A stretch of DNA of 64,000 bases from Felis catus (lineage: Eukaryota): NCBI RefSeq assembly GCF_018350175.1, contig NC_058368.1, positions 57,724,001 to 57,788,000 on the forward strand. The letters run 5' to 3'. Under the pieces are notes generated by a model. The model had not been told where the DNA came from and did no database searches. It saw nothing but the letters and a program-made list of their open reading frames with translations. Below, one piece after another: positions 1-14,485 of the stretch (within the stretch, counting starts at the first letter, position 1; every line of letters begins with the position of its first letter). The position numbers were made by a program, and so were the translations under genes.

Positions 1-769
1 TCCCAACATAAGCATTGCTTTAACCAAACTGTTCTACAAGCTCAAAAATGATTTGAATTTCCTTTTTTATGCCTCTCAACTTATGAATCTCTAAAAATAT
101 TCCAGTTTCATCAGACAAAACCTTGCCTATTTTAAGATAGACATTAAAGTACCATTTAAAAGCCTTACCTATTTACCTTGGCTAGATTAAGTTTTCTTCT
201 CTCAACTTCAATATGTTAACTCTACCAAATGTATAGAACTTATAGAGGATATTTTGATATTCCTAAATTGATACTGTTAATATATAAAGTTGATAGTCTT
301 GCCATATATATTTTATCTTATTTTATTCCTAGAGTTTTTATTTTTAATAAATACTTTTGTATTAGCACTCTTCCCATTCTGAAATGAGGATTCTCTGTAT
401 AGGTATACACATGTACACAAATGCACACTTGTGTGTACACACTCATCTGTGTGTTTATGAGAGAGTTATCCAAGAAGACTCTAGACATTATTCAAAGCTT
501 TCTTATTTGCTGTTCAAACGGGTGGGAATGGGGTGTCATGGCCAAGTAAATATGCCCCATCACATTTCCCATGTGATGGATGCAGAAAGTAAAGTTGAAG
601 CGTACTAGCATGTTGGCTCTGATTTTGGTGTATAACCATAACATCTCACATTTGGTCTTTAGAAATGGCTTAGAGTTGAGTGAATAATGAGCATATGTTA
701 AAGCACTTTGAGAACCATATATCACTATGCTTTATACATTTTACTTTAATATAGTATTTTTTTAGACTC

Positions 770-920
770 GTAGTTCCAAATCTAAATGATCATCATAATC
801 TCTTCAGAAGATTAATTTACAAAACCCACAATCCCTGTATCAGGGATTGGTGACTTGCTCTATCAATAGTCTTTAGAATCAGCATTTCTGGAATGTTCTC
901 CAGGATGAAACTTTGGGAAC
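770..920. mobile_element. Degraded MER5-like hAT DNA transposon remnant
   Basis: Motifs resembling MER5 (agaatcagcatttct...ttctccaggatga). Recognised by eye only. Confidence 0.35.
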
Positions 921-1763
921 CTTTGCCTGTAAAGATTTAGAAATTCTACAAGCAAACAGGAGTTATAAATATAAATTTTTGTCACTACGGGTAGGCTGTG
1001 CTCTTGTCACTGAATATGTAAGCATTATTATATTTGGGATTTTTCTCACCAATCTTTAGTCACTTTCAAATTCTAGGAGCTTTGAGAATATCATAAATTT
1101 CCATGTCCTAAGTATTCTATTCATTATAAAAATGTTTCAGAGTTGATGTGGGAATATGTAAGTACATGTTTCTCAAATGTATTTATTATGTTTAACAATT
1201 ACAATACTAGTGATTTTGGACCCTTTCTAATTTTACATTTCTACTTAGGATAATTTATTATAGAAGAAGAGGTATAGCATTGGAAGGCTGGCCTGGGATA
1301 ATGCTAAGTATAGAATGAGCCATTGTTGAATGAATTCATGACTGTCAAGAGTCAGCATTTTCATTCTTTTTCTGATTCCTTCATACCTGATTTTTCCATA
1401 AAATTAAGAGAGCTTCTCTACTTAGTCTATAAACAAATCCACTTTAAGTTGAAATTCTGTCCATGCTTGCTGATGAGAGATGTGAAGTCTCTTCAAGAAT
1501 TTTCTAATGGACTTTCCTGCACTGAAACAGTTTAAAGTTGAGGAATCTGTGAAGGGAGTTAAAAGGATGTCCCTGAGATTACAACTTTGTTTCACTGAGA
1601 TTGTTAAAAAAAGAGTGAATGAGGACTTTTAAGAAATTTTGAAGAATACTAAACAGAGACATCATGTATCATACATCACCTGTCAGCAAGGATATTTATG
1701 AGTTCATGAAGTATTTGGTCGCCAACTCCAATTGTAGTATCCAAACTTATAAATGACTTTTGA

Positions 1764-1965
1764 GGGGTGCCTGGGTGGCTCAGTAGGTTAAGCGTCCCAC
1801 TTGGCTCAGGTTATAATCTTCTCCCATTGGACTCTGTGCTAATGACAGCTCAGAGCCTGGAGCCTGGTTAGGATCCTGTATATTCCTCTCTCTCTGTCCC
1901 TCACTGCTCATTCTCTGTGTGTCTCGCTCTCAAAAAATAAATAAACATTAAAAAGTTTTTAAAAA
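1764..1965 (+). mobile_element. Can-SINE (SINEC, feline type), older
   Basis: ggggtgcctgggtggctcagt head, CT-rich region, aataaa/A tail. Degenerate TSD ataaatgacttt/ataaatgtcctt. Confidence 0.9.
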
Positions 1966-2669
1966 TAAATGTCCTTTATTTAGAGCTCTCTTATATCTCC
2001 TTTGAACCCTCAAACTCAAGCAAAGATTCTTCTTAGTGATAGATAAATACCAATGTAAGGAAAGGGAGTCACTAATCCACAGTCAAACCATCTCCCAAAG
2101 GAAAAAAAGAAAAAATCAAAGCTTAGAGGAAACCCTCCAAGGGTATTTTGACTGCAACAATGTGAAAATGTACTATGTGTCTCTTCAAATAAGAGCCAGA
2201 ACTCTTCCTCAATGACAGTAGGGTGATATATCCAGTTACGATGCAAATATAGGTAACTATAAGGCAAGTATCTGTTAATCATATTTTAAAAAGTAGGCCC
2301 ATGTCTACCATGTGTTGAAATTACTATTGAAGCTGTTTGCCGGTAATTATTACTTTGACAGGGATTTTCCAAGTGTAAAGAACCTGCTGTCAACTTCAAA
2401 ACAACAGAGGGTGGAATAATAAGTGATATTTATGAAGAGAATCAATAGGATCTTTTTGATGATTTATTTATTTCTGAAAAGAAAAGATATTCTGAAGGTG
2501 CCATACGAAGTTCTTAATTTTATTCTAAGTTAAATTTACTTTATTACATAAGATTTTAAGAAAATATGATAAACTGAAGACATGCTTCTGAGAAATTTAA
2601 ATATAAATATTTACTTATTTACTAAGATAACATCATAAAAGTGACACTGTTTTTTCTTCACTTCTCTAC

Positions 2670-2990
2670 AAATAAGTAACACTTGTAACGTGCTTACAAC
2701 ATGCCAGACTATATTGCAGACACTGTTTTAAGTGTTCTACATATATTAACTCATTTAATCCCCACAGTAACTCTTAGGGTATTACTACTTCATTTGACAG
2801 ATATAAAAACTTGAGAAACAGAGGGCCTTGGGGTGCTGCTCATGATCATTCAAGAAGAGATGGAGTCTGTGCTGGACCCAGACTGCCTAGTGTGTTTGAG
2901 CAAGACAATACTAGGAGACAGCAAATGTAATGCTTAAGCAGATTGATTCTGGGCACAGGCTGCCTGGGATCAACTAGACTCAAAAGAGTC
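2670..2990. mobile_element. MIR fragments
   Basis: ttaactcatttaatccccacagtaact...tttgacagat...aaacttgag (MIR core, -), followed by a + strand MIR-like piece. Confidence 0.55.
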
Positions 2991-3149
2991 TCAAAAGTTC
3001 TAGTATTTTTACCTTAAAATATCCTCTTAAAACCTTGTGAAGTAGAGCAGTTAGGTAGGTTAATTGGCTTTTTAGCATCACATAGCTAATAAATATTGGA
3101 ACTAGAAAAAGAAAATAGATGCTCTAAATTCTAATTATATATTCTATTT

Positions 3150-3527
3150 AATTAGGAGTCGGACTCCAATTTTGGTGTTTGACTACTGACAGCTTTTAAT
3201 TCTTACCTCTGTTTCTTGCTCTCCGGTCCCACATCTCCCCTGGCTCAGGTGGAAATACATACTATGTAAGCCCTGGCCCAAGACCTGGAACTTTGCCCAA
3301 CTCCACCTATTAACCATAATTTGCACCCCTAAACCTGCCCCCACATCCTTAATCAGCTCACTCCAGACTGGCTTGGGTACCAGTCCTGCCCTCCTCAGGA
3401 AAGCCCTTCACATGAGTAATAAACTTTTTCATACCTTCTTAATGCACATAGAGCATCAATTGTTTCAATTTTCAAATCAGCTTTGAGTGAAGGGTTGGTC
3501 TTACCCTATGCCAAGCCACCACAAACA
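3150..3527 (+). mobile_element. Solo LTR, MER54/ERVL-like
   Basis: gactccaattttggtgtttgactactgacagcttt start, AATAAA at ~3418, ends ...caaaca. Confidence 0.55.
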
Positions 3528-3842
3528 TCTTACTAATATCTAGATCATAGGAGCTAAGTATTAACTATTTTCACCCTATCATTATTAAAATAATAGATAC
3601 AGTAGTTTTCCTGGTTTGGCCTGGTGTACATACATATTATCCATGAAAAGGTTCACCTTTCTCTCCTTTTAACAAATTGATACGTAGTTAAAATTTAAGT
3701 ATAGTATCATAATAAAAATTTATGAAAATAAAAGATAATAAAATTACCACAGAACGAAATGTTTAGCAGAGAAATATGGTAAATAATATTATAATAACTT
3801 TGTCACAGATATAACTACAACATGGTAAGCATTTCACAATCT

Positions 3843-4166
3843 TGTAGGGTCAAAATTCTCCTTCCCAACCTGTGGGAGGAGTTTCCCAAATGATTGGAAG
3901 CAGACTCCAAGAGACCATTTCACTGTACATTATAGCTCTTTCCAGCACAGAGACCTAATAATATCCAATCCCCAAACAACCTAGGGGCTGGTTCCACCTT
4001 GCAGAGTCTACCCATTCTCCCACCTTGAAACTGTACTTTTGCTTTAATAAACTGCTTGCTCCTTTCCCTCTGGCCCTCTTTATTCCAGCACAGATCTTCA
4101 CGTAAATCATCCTTTGGGGAATCCAGGGACCGGGAGCTCCATTCACACAATGCAGGCTCTCTCACA
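3843..4166 (+). mobile_element. Solo ERV LTR (~320 bp, family not assigned)
   Basis: TG...CA ends and AATAAA at 4046-4051 followed by a pyrimidine-rich U5-like segment. Higher GC than flanks. No clear TSD. Confidence 0.6.
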
Positions 4167-4652
4167 TCCATAACACTCCCACACTGTATTTTAATGTGAT
4201 AACAAAGGACAAGACAAGTGATTATACATAATACTTGAGTTAAATATTATGCTCTATATATAGATTTTTGTACCTTCCAAACTAAATACCATGGTCCTAA
4301 TAGGAGAAGCAAAGATGGTGACTTAGTAGGAAGACCCTAGGGTCATCTCATCCCTCAAACACAACTAGGTAACTATCCACTCATTCTGAATACCCAAGAA
4401 ATTGGCCTGAGGACTGACAAAACAAACTGCATAATTAGAAGGAGAGAAGAGGCCACACTGAGGAAGGGAGGGAGTGTGCAAAGATGTGGTTTGGGGGAGA
4501 AGCGGATAGCAGGTGCTGTGGAGGGGAGGGAGATGTGGTTGTGAAGAGGGCAAAAGAGAAGAGCACACAGGAGAACGCCTCCCCAAAGCCATTGGCCAGC
4601 AAAATGAGAGGGACTGATTTTCATGAGTTTTTGTAACCAGCAAGGCTTGAAG

Positions 4653-4813
4653 ACTGGAGGGCTTTTGTTTGTTTGTTTAATTTTTTTGGATAATCAACAT
4701 TTGCTTATTTGTTTCAAGTATTTTTTTAAGTTCTAGTTAGTTAACATGTAATATTAAAGGAGTAGAATTTAGTGATTCATTACTTACATATACCACCCAG
4801 TGCACATCACAAC
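4653..4813 (-). mobile_element. Short 5'-truncated L1 3' end inserted antisense in the 5'UTR of the older L1
   Basis: Reverse complement matches the L1 3'UTR seen at 11730-11830 (gttgtgatg-gcactggg...gaatcactaaattctactcct...gttaactaactagaa), plus an A-rich tail. Confidence 0.75.
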
Positions 4814-6540
4814 TACACAGAAGGTGGGCAAACAACCCAGGGACAGACAGCACAATCAGATAAATGCCTAAAGTACACAGGAGGAAATTGTTTCCCTCTT
4901 CTCAGAGTGCATCTGTGAGAGGTGGCATTCATAGAGATGCCTCTAGAGGACAAAAAGTCTGTAGGGTGCATTTCCTTCCCTCAACACTCAGAATAGGTAC
5001 AGATCCACCACCTGCAGTCAAAAGCACAGCCCTGACACTGACTGCTAACCTGCTTACACCAAGTCTCATGACTCTGTGTTCTGCAGGTACTTCCCTTCTC
5101 AGGTAAGTGTGCCAGTCACAGTGCAGCAGGTCCCTTCCCCAAAAGACCAGCAGACTTGCCCACACCAAGTCTCCTGACCAGAGAGTTCTGCAAGGCTTCA
5201 ATTCTAGCGGAAGTAGTATCGTGTATCATTTAACAAGCACACCAGAGCACACCTAGTTAAAATTCACCACACTCTGGCCAAGGATCAAATACTGCCCACT
5301 GCAGGCAAGGAGAGCCTCTGCAGATGATTTACCTGAAGGACAGAGCAGCCAAAACATAGCAGCGTAGTGCATGCAGCATACACCAGAAACACTCTTGAAG
5401 TTCCATGCCCTGGTCACTGTGTGACTTCTTATTCATAAAGCCATTACTTTCAGGATCAGGAAACATACTAGATTTTTCTAACACACAGAAGACAACAGAA
5501 ACGTGGACAAAATACCAAGACAGAGGAATTCATCCCGAAAGAAACCAGAAAAGGTCATAGCCAGAAATCTACTAGAAACATATATAAACAATATTCCTGA
5601 TGGAGAATTTAAAACAACAATCATAAGGATACTCATTGGATTTGAAAAAAGAATGAAAGACTTCAGGAAGGCCCTTACTAGAGAGATAAATGAGTTAAAA
5701 AAAATCAGTCAGAAATGAAAAATACAATAACTGAGATTCAAAATGGACTGAATACAATGAACACAAGGATAGATAAAGTAATGAATAAGTGACATAGAAA
5801 ATAAAATAATGAAAAATAATGAAGCTGAACAAAAGAGAAATTTCTAGAACATGAGAATGGACTTAGGGAACTCAGTGACTCCACCAAATGTAATAACATC
5901 TTTATCATACAAGTCCCAGAAGAAAAGAGAGAAAAGGGGCAGAAAATTTATTTGAGGAAATAATAGCTGAAAATTTACTTAATCTGGGGAAGGAAACAGA
6001 CATCCAGATATAGGGGGCACAGAGAACGCCCATCAAAGTCAACAAAAGCAGGACAACATCAATATATATTGTAATTAAATTTGCTTTGCAAAATGTCGTA
6101 ATAAAGAAAAATCCTAAAAGCAGCAAGACAAAAGAAGTCCTTAATTTACAAGGGAATACCAATTTGGCTAGCTGCAGATCTCTCAACAGAAACTTGGCAA
6201 GCCAGAAGTGAGCACAGGATATATTCAACATGCTGAATAGGAAAATTCTGCAGCTAAGAATACCCTATCTAGCAAGCCTATCATTCAAAATATCAGAAGA
6301 GATTAAGAATTTCTCACAAAAATAAAAATTAAAGGAGACTGCAACCACTAAACCAGACCTGCATAAAATATTAAAGGGAACTTTAAGTGGAAAGGAAAGA
6401 CCTAAATCGACAAAGAAAGGAACAGGAAAAAAATAGCCAGAAACAATGATAAAACAAGTAATAAAATGGCATTAAATACATATCTATGAATAATTACACT
6501 GAATGTAAATGGACTACACAGTCCAATCAAAAGACATAGA

Positions 6541-7667
6541 TACTTTGATAAGTTCTTTATGTATTTTGCATACCAACCCTTACATTTGACATTAATAAAT
6601 ATCTTCTGTCATTCATTAGGCTGTATTTTAGTTTTGTTGATTGTTTTCTTCACTGTGCAGAAACTTCTTATCTTAATAAGCGTCAAATGTCATTTTTGTT
6701 TTTGCTTCCTTTGCCTCTGGAGACATTCTATGTTGCCATGGCCAGTGTCAAAGAGGTTTCTATGTTCTCTTCCAGGATTTTTGATGGTTTCCTGTGTCAC
6801 ATTTAGGTCTTCATTCATTTTGAATTTATTTTTGTGTAGGATGTAAAAAAGTGGTCCAGCTTCATTCTTCTGCATTTTGCCGTCCAGTGTTCCTAACACA
6901 ATTTGTTAAAGAGACTGCCTTTTTTCCATTGGATGTTCTAGTCTGCTTTTTCAAAGATTACTTGACCATATATTTGTGGGTCCATTTATGGAAGTTTCCT
7001 CAAAAAGTTAAACTTCCTCAAAAAGAACTACCCTACTACTCAGCATTGCATTACTAGGTATTTACCCAAAGGATACCAAAATACTGATTCAAAGGGGCAC
7101 ATGCACCCCAATGGTTAGAGCATCATGATCAACAACAGCCAAATTACGGAAAAAGCCCAAATTTCTATTAACTGATGAATGTATAAAGAAAATGTGGTAT
7201 GTATGTATGTATGTATGTATGTATGTATGTGTGTATAATAGAATTTTCCTTAGCCACCAAAAAGAATGAAATCATACTAACTGCAACAATGTGAATGGAG
7301 CTACAGTGTATTATACTAAGTGAAATAAGTCAGAGAAAGACAGATACTATTTGATTGAACTCACTTGTGGAATTTAAGAAACAATACAGATAAACAGAGG
7401 GGAAAGGGGGAAAAAGAGGGAAAGGGAAGCAAACCAGAAAAGACTCTTAACTATAGAGAACAAACTGAGGGTTGATGGGGGGGGGGGGGGGCAGGAGATG
7501 AGCTAAATGAATAATAGGGCAGGAGGCAGGAGATGAACTAAATGAATAAGGAGGGCACTGTGATAAGCGCTGGTTGTTATATGTAAGTGATGAATCATTA
7601 AATTCTACACCTGAAACCAATTTCACCATATACATTAACCAGAATTAAAACTTCAATAAAAAAAAAA
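6541..7667 (+). mobile_element. Nested 5'-inverted (twin-primed) L1 insertion
   Basis: 6541-~6986 is late ORF2 in antisense. ~6987-7667 is the sense 3' end with poly(A). Host ORF2 resumes at ~7668. Degenerate TSD aaaagacataga/aaaaggacagaa. Confidence 0.85.
7197..7232. repeat. (TATG)n microsatellite
   Basis: Direct reading. Confidence 0.95.
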
Positions 7668-7847
7668 GGACAGAAGGTGTCAGAATATATTAAAAAAAAT
7701 CAAGACTCATCTATATGCTGCTTAGAAGAAGACACCTGAAGACTGAAAGTGAGGGGATGGAGACATATTTCTCATGCAAATGAACATTTAAAGAAAGCTC
7801 AAGTAGCAATACTTATATCAGACAAACTAGATTTAAAGATTTAAAGT

Positions 7848-8066
7848 GTTTTTCTTTTCTTTTTTTTTTTGAGAGAGAGAGAGAGAGCAAGAGAGCACGC
7901 AAGCGCATGCACAAGCAGGGGAGAGGGGTAGAGGGAGAGAGTATCTTAAGCAGGTTCCACAATCAGTGCACACCCTGATGTGGGCCTCGATCCCACAACG
8001 TTGGGATCATGACCTGAGCGAAAATCAAGAGTCAGATGCTCAACCAACTGAGCCACCCAGCACCCC
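7848..8066 (-). mobile_element. Can-SINE nested in L1 ORF2
   Basis: Poly(T), (GA)n, ...ctgagccacccagcacccc. Flanking agatttaaa repeat. Confidence 0.9.
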
Positions 8067-8779
8067 AACAAATAAGATTTAAACCAAAGACTGTAACAAG
8101 AAATAAAGAAGGGCATTATATCATCATAAAGGGGATTATCCAACAAGCAGATCTAACAATTGTAAATAATTATGCCAATATAGGAGCATCCAAATATATA
8201 AAACAATAATAAACCTACATAAAGGAACTCATTGATAAAAATACAATAACAGAGGAATTTAACACTCCATTTACAGCATTGGATAGATCACCTAAACAGA
8301 AAAAACAAGAAGGAAACAATGGCTTTGAATGACACACTGGACCAGATGGACTTAATATTTTCAGAACACTTCATTCCAAAACAGCAGAATACACATTCTT
8401 TTCAAGTACACATGAAACATTCTCCAGAATAGATCACATACTAGGTCTCAGATCATCCTCAACAAATACAAAAAAGATTGCAATCATATCATGCATATTT
8501 TCTGATCACCATCCTATGAAACTTGAAATCAACCACAAGAAAAAATCTGGAAAGACTACAAATACATAGCAGTTAGACAACATGCTACTAAAGAATATAT
8601 AGGTCAAACAAGAAATCAATGAAGCAATAAAAAATACATGGAGACATATGAAAATGAAAATGTTCCAGTATCTTTGGGATACAGTGAAAGTGGTCCTAAG
8701 AGAGAAGTATATAGCATTACAGGTCTACCCCAAGAAGAAAGATCTCAAAAAAACAACCTAAACTTACACCTAAAAGAGC

Positions 8780-8811
<32 letters not shown>

Positions 8812-11800
8812 AACAACAACAAATGAAGCCTAAGACAGCAGCAGAAGGGAAATAATATAGAGCAGAAATAAATATAGAAACTAAAAAAAATAATAGAACA
8901 AGTCAATGAAAACAGGAGCTCATTCTTTGAGAAAACAAATAAAATTGCTAAACTACTGGCCAGACTTACCAAAAAGAAAAGAGAAAGGACACAAACAAAA
9001 TCACAAATATTAAAGGAGAAATAACAACCAATACCATAAGAGAATATTATGAAAAATTATATGTCAACAAAGTGTACAACCTGGAAGAAATGGGTACATT
9101 TCTGGAAACATACAAAATACCAAAACTGAAACATGAAGAAATAGAAAACTTGAACAGAATGATAACCAGCAAAGAAGTTGAATAAGTAATCAAAAATCTC
9201 TCAGCAAACAAAACTCCAGGGCCAGATGGCTGCATAGATGAATTCTACCAAACATTTAAAAAAGAGTTAATACTTATTCTTCTCAAGCTATTCCAAACAA
9301 TAGAAATGGAAGGAAAACTTCCAAATTCATTCTATGAGGACAGCATTACCCTAATACCAAAACCAGACAAAGATTTCACAAAGAGAACTAAAGGCAAAAA
9401 TTCCAGATGTATATGGATGCAAAAATTGCTAACAAAATTCTAGCAAATCAAATCCAATAGTACATTAAAAGGATCATTCACTATAATCAAGTGGAATTTA
9501 TTCTGGGGCTGCAAGGACAGTTCATCATATGCAAATATATCAACATGATATACTAAATTAATAAAAGAAAGAATAAGAACCATATGATCATTTCAATTGC
9601 TGCAGAAAAAGCATCTGACAAGGTACAGCATTCATTCATGACAAAAACCCTCAATAAAGTTAGAGGGTTAGAGGGAACATACCTCAACATAATAAAGGCC
9701 ATATATGAAAAACCCACAGCTAATATCCTCAATGGGGAAAAAAGAGCTTTCTTTTACAGTCAGGAAGACAGGGATGTTCCCTCTCACCACTGTTGTATAA
9801 CATACTACTAGAAGTCCTAGCTTCAGTGATCAGACAGCAAAAAGAAATGAAATGCATCCAAATTGGCAAGGAAGAAGTCAAACTTTCACTATTTACAGAT
9901 GACACGATGCTCTATAGAAAACCCAAAAGACTCCCCCAAAATTGCTAGACCTGATACATGAATTCAATAAAATTATAGGATATAAAATAAAAGTACAGAA
10001 ATCTGTTGCATTTCTCTATACCTATAATGAAGTAGCAGAGAGAGAATCATGTAATTGATCTCATTTACAATTGCACCAAAACCCATAAGATACCTAGGAT
10101 TAAACCTAACCAAAGAGTTAAAAGATCTGTAATCCAGAAACTATAAAAACTGATGAAAGACGTTGAAAAGACACAAAGAAATGGAAAAACACCCCATGCT
10201 CATGGATTAGAAGAATAAACACTGTTAAAATGTCTCTACTACCTAAAGTAATATACATATTTAATACAATCCCTATCAAAATACCAACAGCATTCTTCAC
10301 TGAGCTAGTACAAATAATCCTAAAATTTATATGGAACCACAAGAACTCAACTAGCCAAAACAATATTGAAAAAGAAAGCTGGAGGCATCACAATTCCAGA
10401 TTTCAAGCAATAACACAAAATTGTAGTGATCAAGACAGTATGGCACTGGCACAAAAACAGACACATAGATCAATGGAAAAGAATAGAACATGCAGAAATA
10501 GATCCACAACTATATGCTTAACTAATCTTTGACAAATCAGGAATGATTATTCAATGAAGAAAATAAAGTATATTCAACAAATGTTGGGAAAACTAGACAG
10601 CAACAAGAAGAATGAAACTGGACCACTTTCTTACATCATACACAAAAATAAATTCAAAATGGATGAAAGGCCTAAATGTGAGACAGGAAATCATTAAAAT
10701 TGTAGAGGAGAACACAGGCAGGAACCTCTTTGACAACAGCTGTCTCAACATCTTACTAGATATGTCTCCTGAAGAAAGGGACACAAAAGCAAAAATAAGT
10801 CATTAGGACTTCACCAAGATAAAAAGTTTCTGTACCGCAAAGGAAACAATCAACAAAATTAAATGCCAATCTTAGGAATAGGAGAAGATATTTGCAAATG
10901 TTATATACAATAAAGGGTTAGTATTCAAAATATATAAAGAACTTATCAACATCAACACCCCAAAAACAAATAATCCAGTTAAAAAATGGGAAGATATGAA
11001 TAGACATTTTCCAAAGAAGACATACAGATGAACAACAGACACATGATGTTCAACATCACTCATCAGGGAAATACAAATCAAAACTACAGTGAGATATCAC
11101 CTCACACCTGTCAGGATGGCTAAAATTAACAACACAGGAAGCAAGATGTAGAGGTGTTGGTGAGGATGTGAAGAAAGGGGAACTCTGTTACACTGTTGGT
11201 ATGAATGCAAATTGGTATAGCCACTCTGTAAAACAGTGGGGAGTTTCTCAAAAAGGTAAAAAAGTAGAGCTACTCTAAAATCCAGCAATTGTACTACTAA
11301 GCATTTACCCAAAGAATACAAAAATACTATTTCAAAGGGAAACAAGCACCTCAATGCTTATAGCAGCATTACCAACAATAGCCAAATTATGAAAAGAGCC
11401 CAAATGTTTATCAACTGATGAATGGATAAAGAAGATGTGGTATACATACACAGTTGAATATTATTCAGCCATCAAATTAATGCAAACTTGCCATTTGCAA
11501 AGATATGGATGGAGTTACAGAGTAGTAGGCTAAGCAAAATAAGTCAGAGAAACACAAACACCTTATGATTTCACTCATATGTGAAATTTAAGAAGCAAAA
11601 TGAAGGAACATGGAGGGAAAAAAAGAGAGGCAAACCAAAAAACAGAATCTTACTACAGAGAACAACTGATGGTTACCAGAGGGGTGGGGGTGGCAGATGG
11701 GTTAAATGGGTAATGGGTATTAAGGAGGGCACTTGTGATGAGCACTGGGCATTGTATATGAATAATGAAATCACTAAATGCCACTCCTGAAACTAATATT

Positions 11801-14275
11801 ATACTTTATGTTAACTAATTGGAATTTTAAATAAAAACACGAAAAAATAAACTTACTAAGAAATGAAATAAATACACATATACACGCAAACACACATACT
11901 ATAGTCATAATGAGCACAACTCTCTGAATCTGATTCACTTCTCCTCCATTATCATGTATGCTTTATTATCCGTATATATAAATGAGTAGAACTACTTTCC
12001 ATTTCTATACAGGAAATGAAACCCTATAAAGGATCCACAGGAGAAAAAAAAAGAAAAACAAAGTGGAGTAAAAATACATACCTTATTTATTATATATACA
12101 TAAATTTAGATAACTTATCCTCATCCAAAATACAAACCTAAATATTTGAGGAATGGCAGGATATTGAATATAAATTGACTCTTGTCATCATAATTTTATG
12201 GAATTAACATCGACCTTTATGCCATCTGATATGAACAAAACCAGTAGTGATATTTGGTGGGGAGGCAGGGATGACCCTGAGGTCTCTACTCTTTCCAAGG
12301 AAGACCTCGTCCCAACATAAGAAATTCTAATATGTCTGCAGTCATCCCAAATCAGTAGAGGTGAGCATTTTAAGGAAGAATTGTTTTAATAGTTAAAATT
12401 ATTTTATTTGTTTGTATATCAATTAGATAAGTAAAACAAAATATCTAAGTAAGATTGTGCCTTGTTTTTAACTAATGTTTTTAATAGACACTTCAAAAAT
12501 CTGAGTTCTTAACTAACATATGGTAGATATCAAAAGATCTTTCAGTTCTTAATATATATGGTAGATATCAGGTTAGAAAGGGAAAAAAGCTTGGGCACTC
12601 TGTCTCTCATATATATATCTTTGTATATCAAGCATTTTCCATATACAACTTTGCCTGTCTACACGAGCAAGGTTTTGACACAGAAACAATGGGCCCATTG
12701 AATCTAAGATTGGAAGAAGTGTGCTATAAAAAATATAATAAAGAAACAAGAGTTAAACCAACAGCAACAAAACCAAACAACAGCAACAACAACAACAAAC
12801 AAGGGTTGGAGAGCCGATCAAGAAGTCTAGCTTCATAACAAGCATGTCTTTAGCTATAAGGTCTTGTGCTCATTGACTAGAAATCCTGGACTTCATTTTT
12901 CACATATATTATATAGTCTGAATAAAAGGGTGAAGTTAATCATTGCTAAAGTCATTAGCAGCTCAACAATCTCCTGTCAGTATAACCAACATTCTACTTA
13001 GGATGAAAAGTACTTACTTATAATTCAAGGCTGACATATGTAGCCATCTTTCTAAGCATCTTCACTAAAGACCTTGATACTTCAGAACCAACCTCACCAG
13101 AAAAATCTGAGAATGTTGCTGAGTTTCAACATAGACTAATACCACCAAAAATTTTATCTGTCCAATTGTGAATATTACTTATATTTTGGTGAGAAAAAAT
13201 TACATAAAGAGGGGCTTTGAAGTCATCTTTGCAAAATGAGGCTTGCTCTGATTCCTTCCATGCCCTCCCCCAAATGCTGTAATACTACGGGAGAAAATCC
13301 TCTGGTAATCTTAACTTTCTCCCATTTCTTTCAGCAAACAGAAAGCTTTCAGAGTGAAAATAAGAGACATTTATCATGTTATGAACTCCAGTGGCATAAT
13401 TAGTTACATTGTAGTCTGATATATTACAACAGGGCTTCAGGGATTGTAAAATTGCAGTACAAGAGCAGAGACTGAAGCCTTGTTTCCCAAACAGCGTATC
13501 TGAAGAACACAAAATCTGCTATCATCTTTTCCAACAAATACTCAATTCAATCTCCTGTGTTTGTATGCATTCTAAGAAGACTATCTTGACTGTATAAATT
13601 TAGGGTATCATACTTCAAATTGGTTATTTCAACTGGGATGAAATTTTGTTCATGTGAGAGATTTCTCTAATTATAGATTTCATGAGTACATGTACATGAT
13701 CACATTATTTTTTAAAATACAGTAATTTTCAAAATAAAATAGAGTAACTTTTCCCATAAAATTAAAGAATTTGTTTTGTATTAGGGTCAATATAATAGAG
13801 TTCCATTGTTTCATTGGAAAAAAAACTTATTGTCTCAAAGAACACATTATTATGTGTTTCATAAGCATTTAGTCAGGAGTTAAAAGCAGACCATTGTTCA
13901 ATTGTTGTTCCCCATTTCCAAGAGTTATTCTGTGGTAGTCTCAGAAATAGTCTGTGTTCATAACTATGTGGTCTCAGTAGTTTGACAGATTTTGTGTTTC
14001 TCTCCCCAACTAAAGAACAGGTTTGTTAAAAAAAAAAAAAAAAGAAGAAGAAGAAGAAAGGTACATACATCTTGCAAGGAAGGAGCATATTTGACAATTT
14101 CTTAAAATAGAAAACTTATATTTTACAAATTACTTAAATTAATATAAATGGTTGAATCAGACAATTCATGCAATAACAATAGTCTAAAACTGTCAGTATG
14201 CTCTCACTAGGAAAACAATGGGGACAGTAGAGTATAAGGGGAATGGGGTTTTAGCACCAATTTTACCTAATAACT

Positions 14276-14485
14276 TAAAAAATTTATTAACGTTTATTCT
14301 TAAGAGAGAGAGAGAAAGAGCATGAGCAGGTAAGGGGCAGAGAGAGAGGGAGACACAGAATCTGAAGCAGGATCCAGGCTTTGAGCTGTCAGCACAGAGC
14401 CTGACATGGGGCTCAAACTCATGAACCGTGAGTTCATGACCTGGGCAGAAGTCAGACATTTAACTGACTGAGCCACAGGGTTCCC
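14276..14485 (-). mobile_element. Can-SINE
   Basis: Typical body. TSD tacctaataactt/tatctaatgactt. Confidence 0.9.

Larger units (their letters stand above)
4302..11850 (+). mobile_element. Older full-length carnivore LINE-1, degraded, with nested insertions
   Basis: 5' end ggagaagcaaagatgg, 5'UTR, ORF1 remnants (~5503-6390), ORF2 remnants from ~6466 to ~11590 with many stops and frameshifts, 3'UTR and A-rich tail at ~11830-11850. Confidence 0.9.

Noticed and set aside
8781..8823. A27 run inside the older L1 as a separate insertion
   Set aside because: Best explained by expansion of an A-rich ORF2 stretch. No TSD.
13285..13512. 75-aa minus-strand ORF in unique sequence (similarly 24334-24600, 49228-49452, 49870-50187)
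   Set aside because: No recognisable homology, and lengths are within chance expectation.
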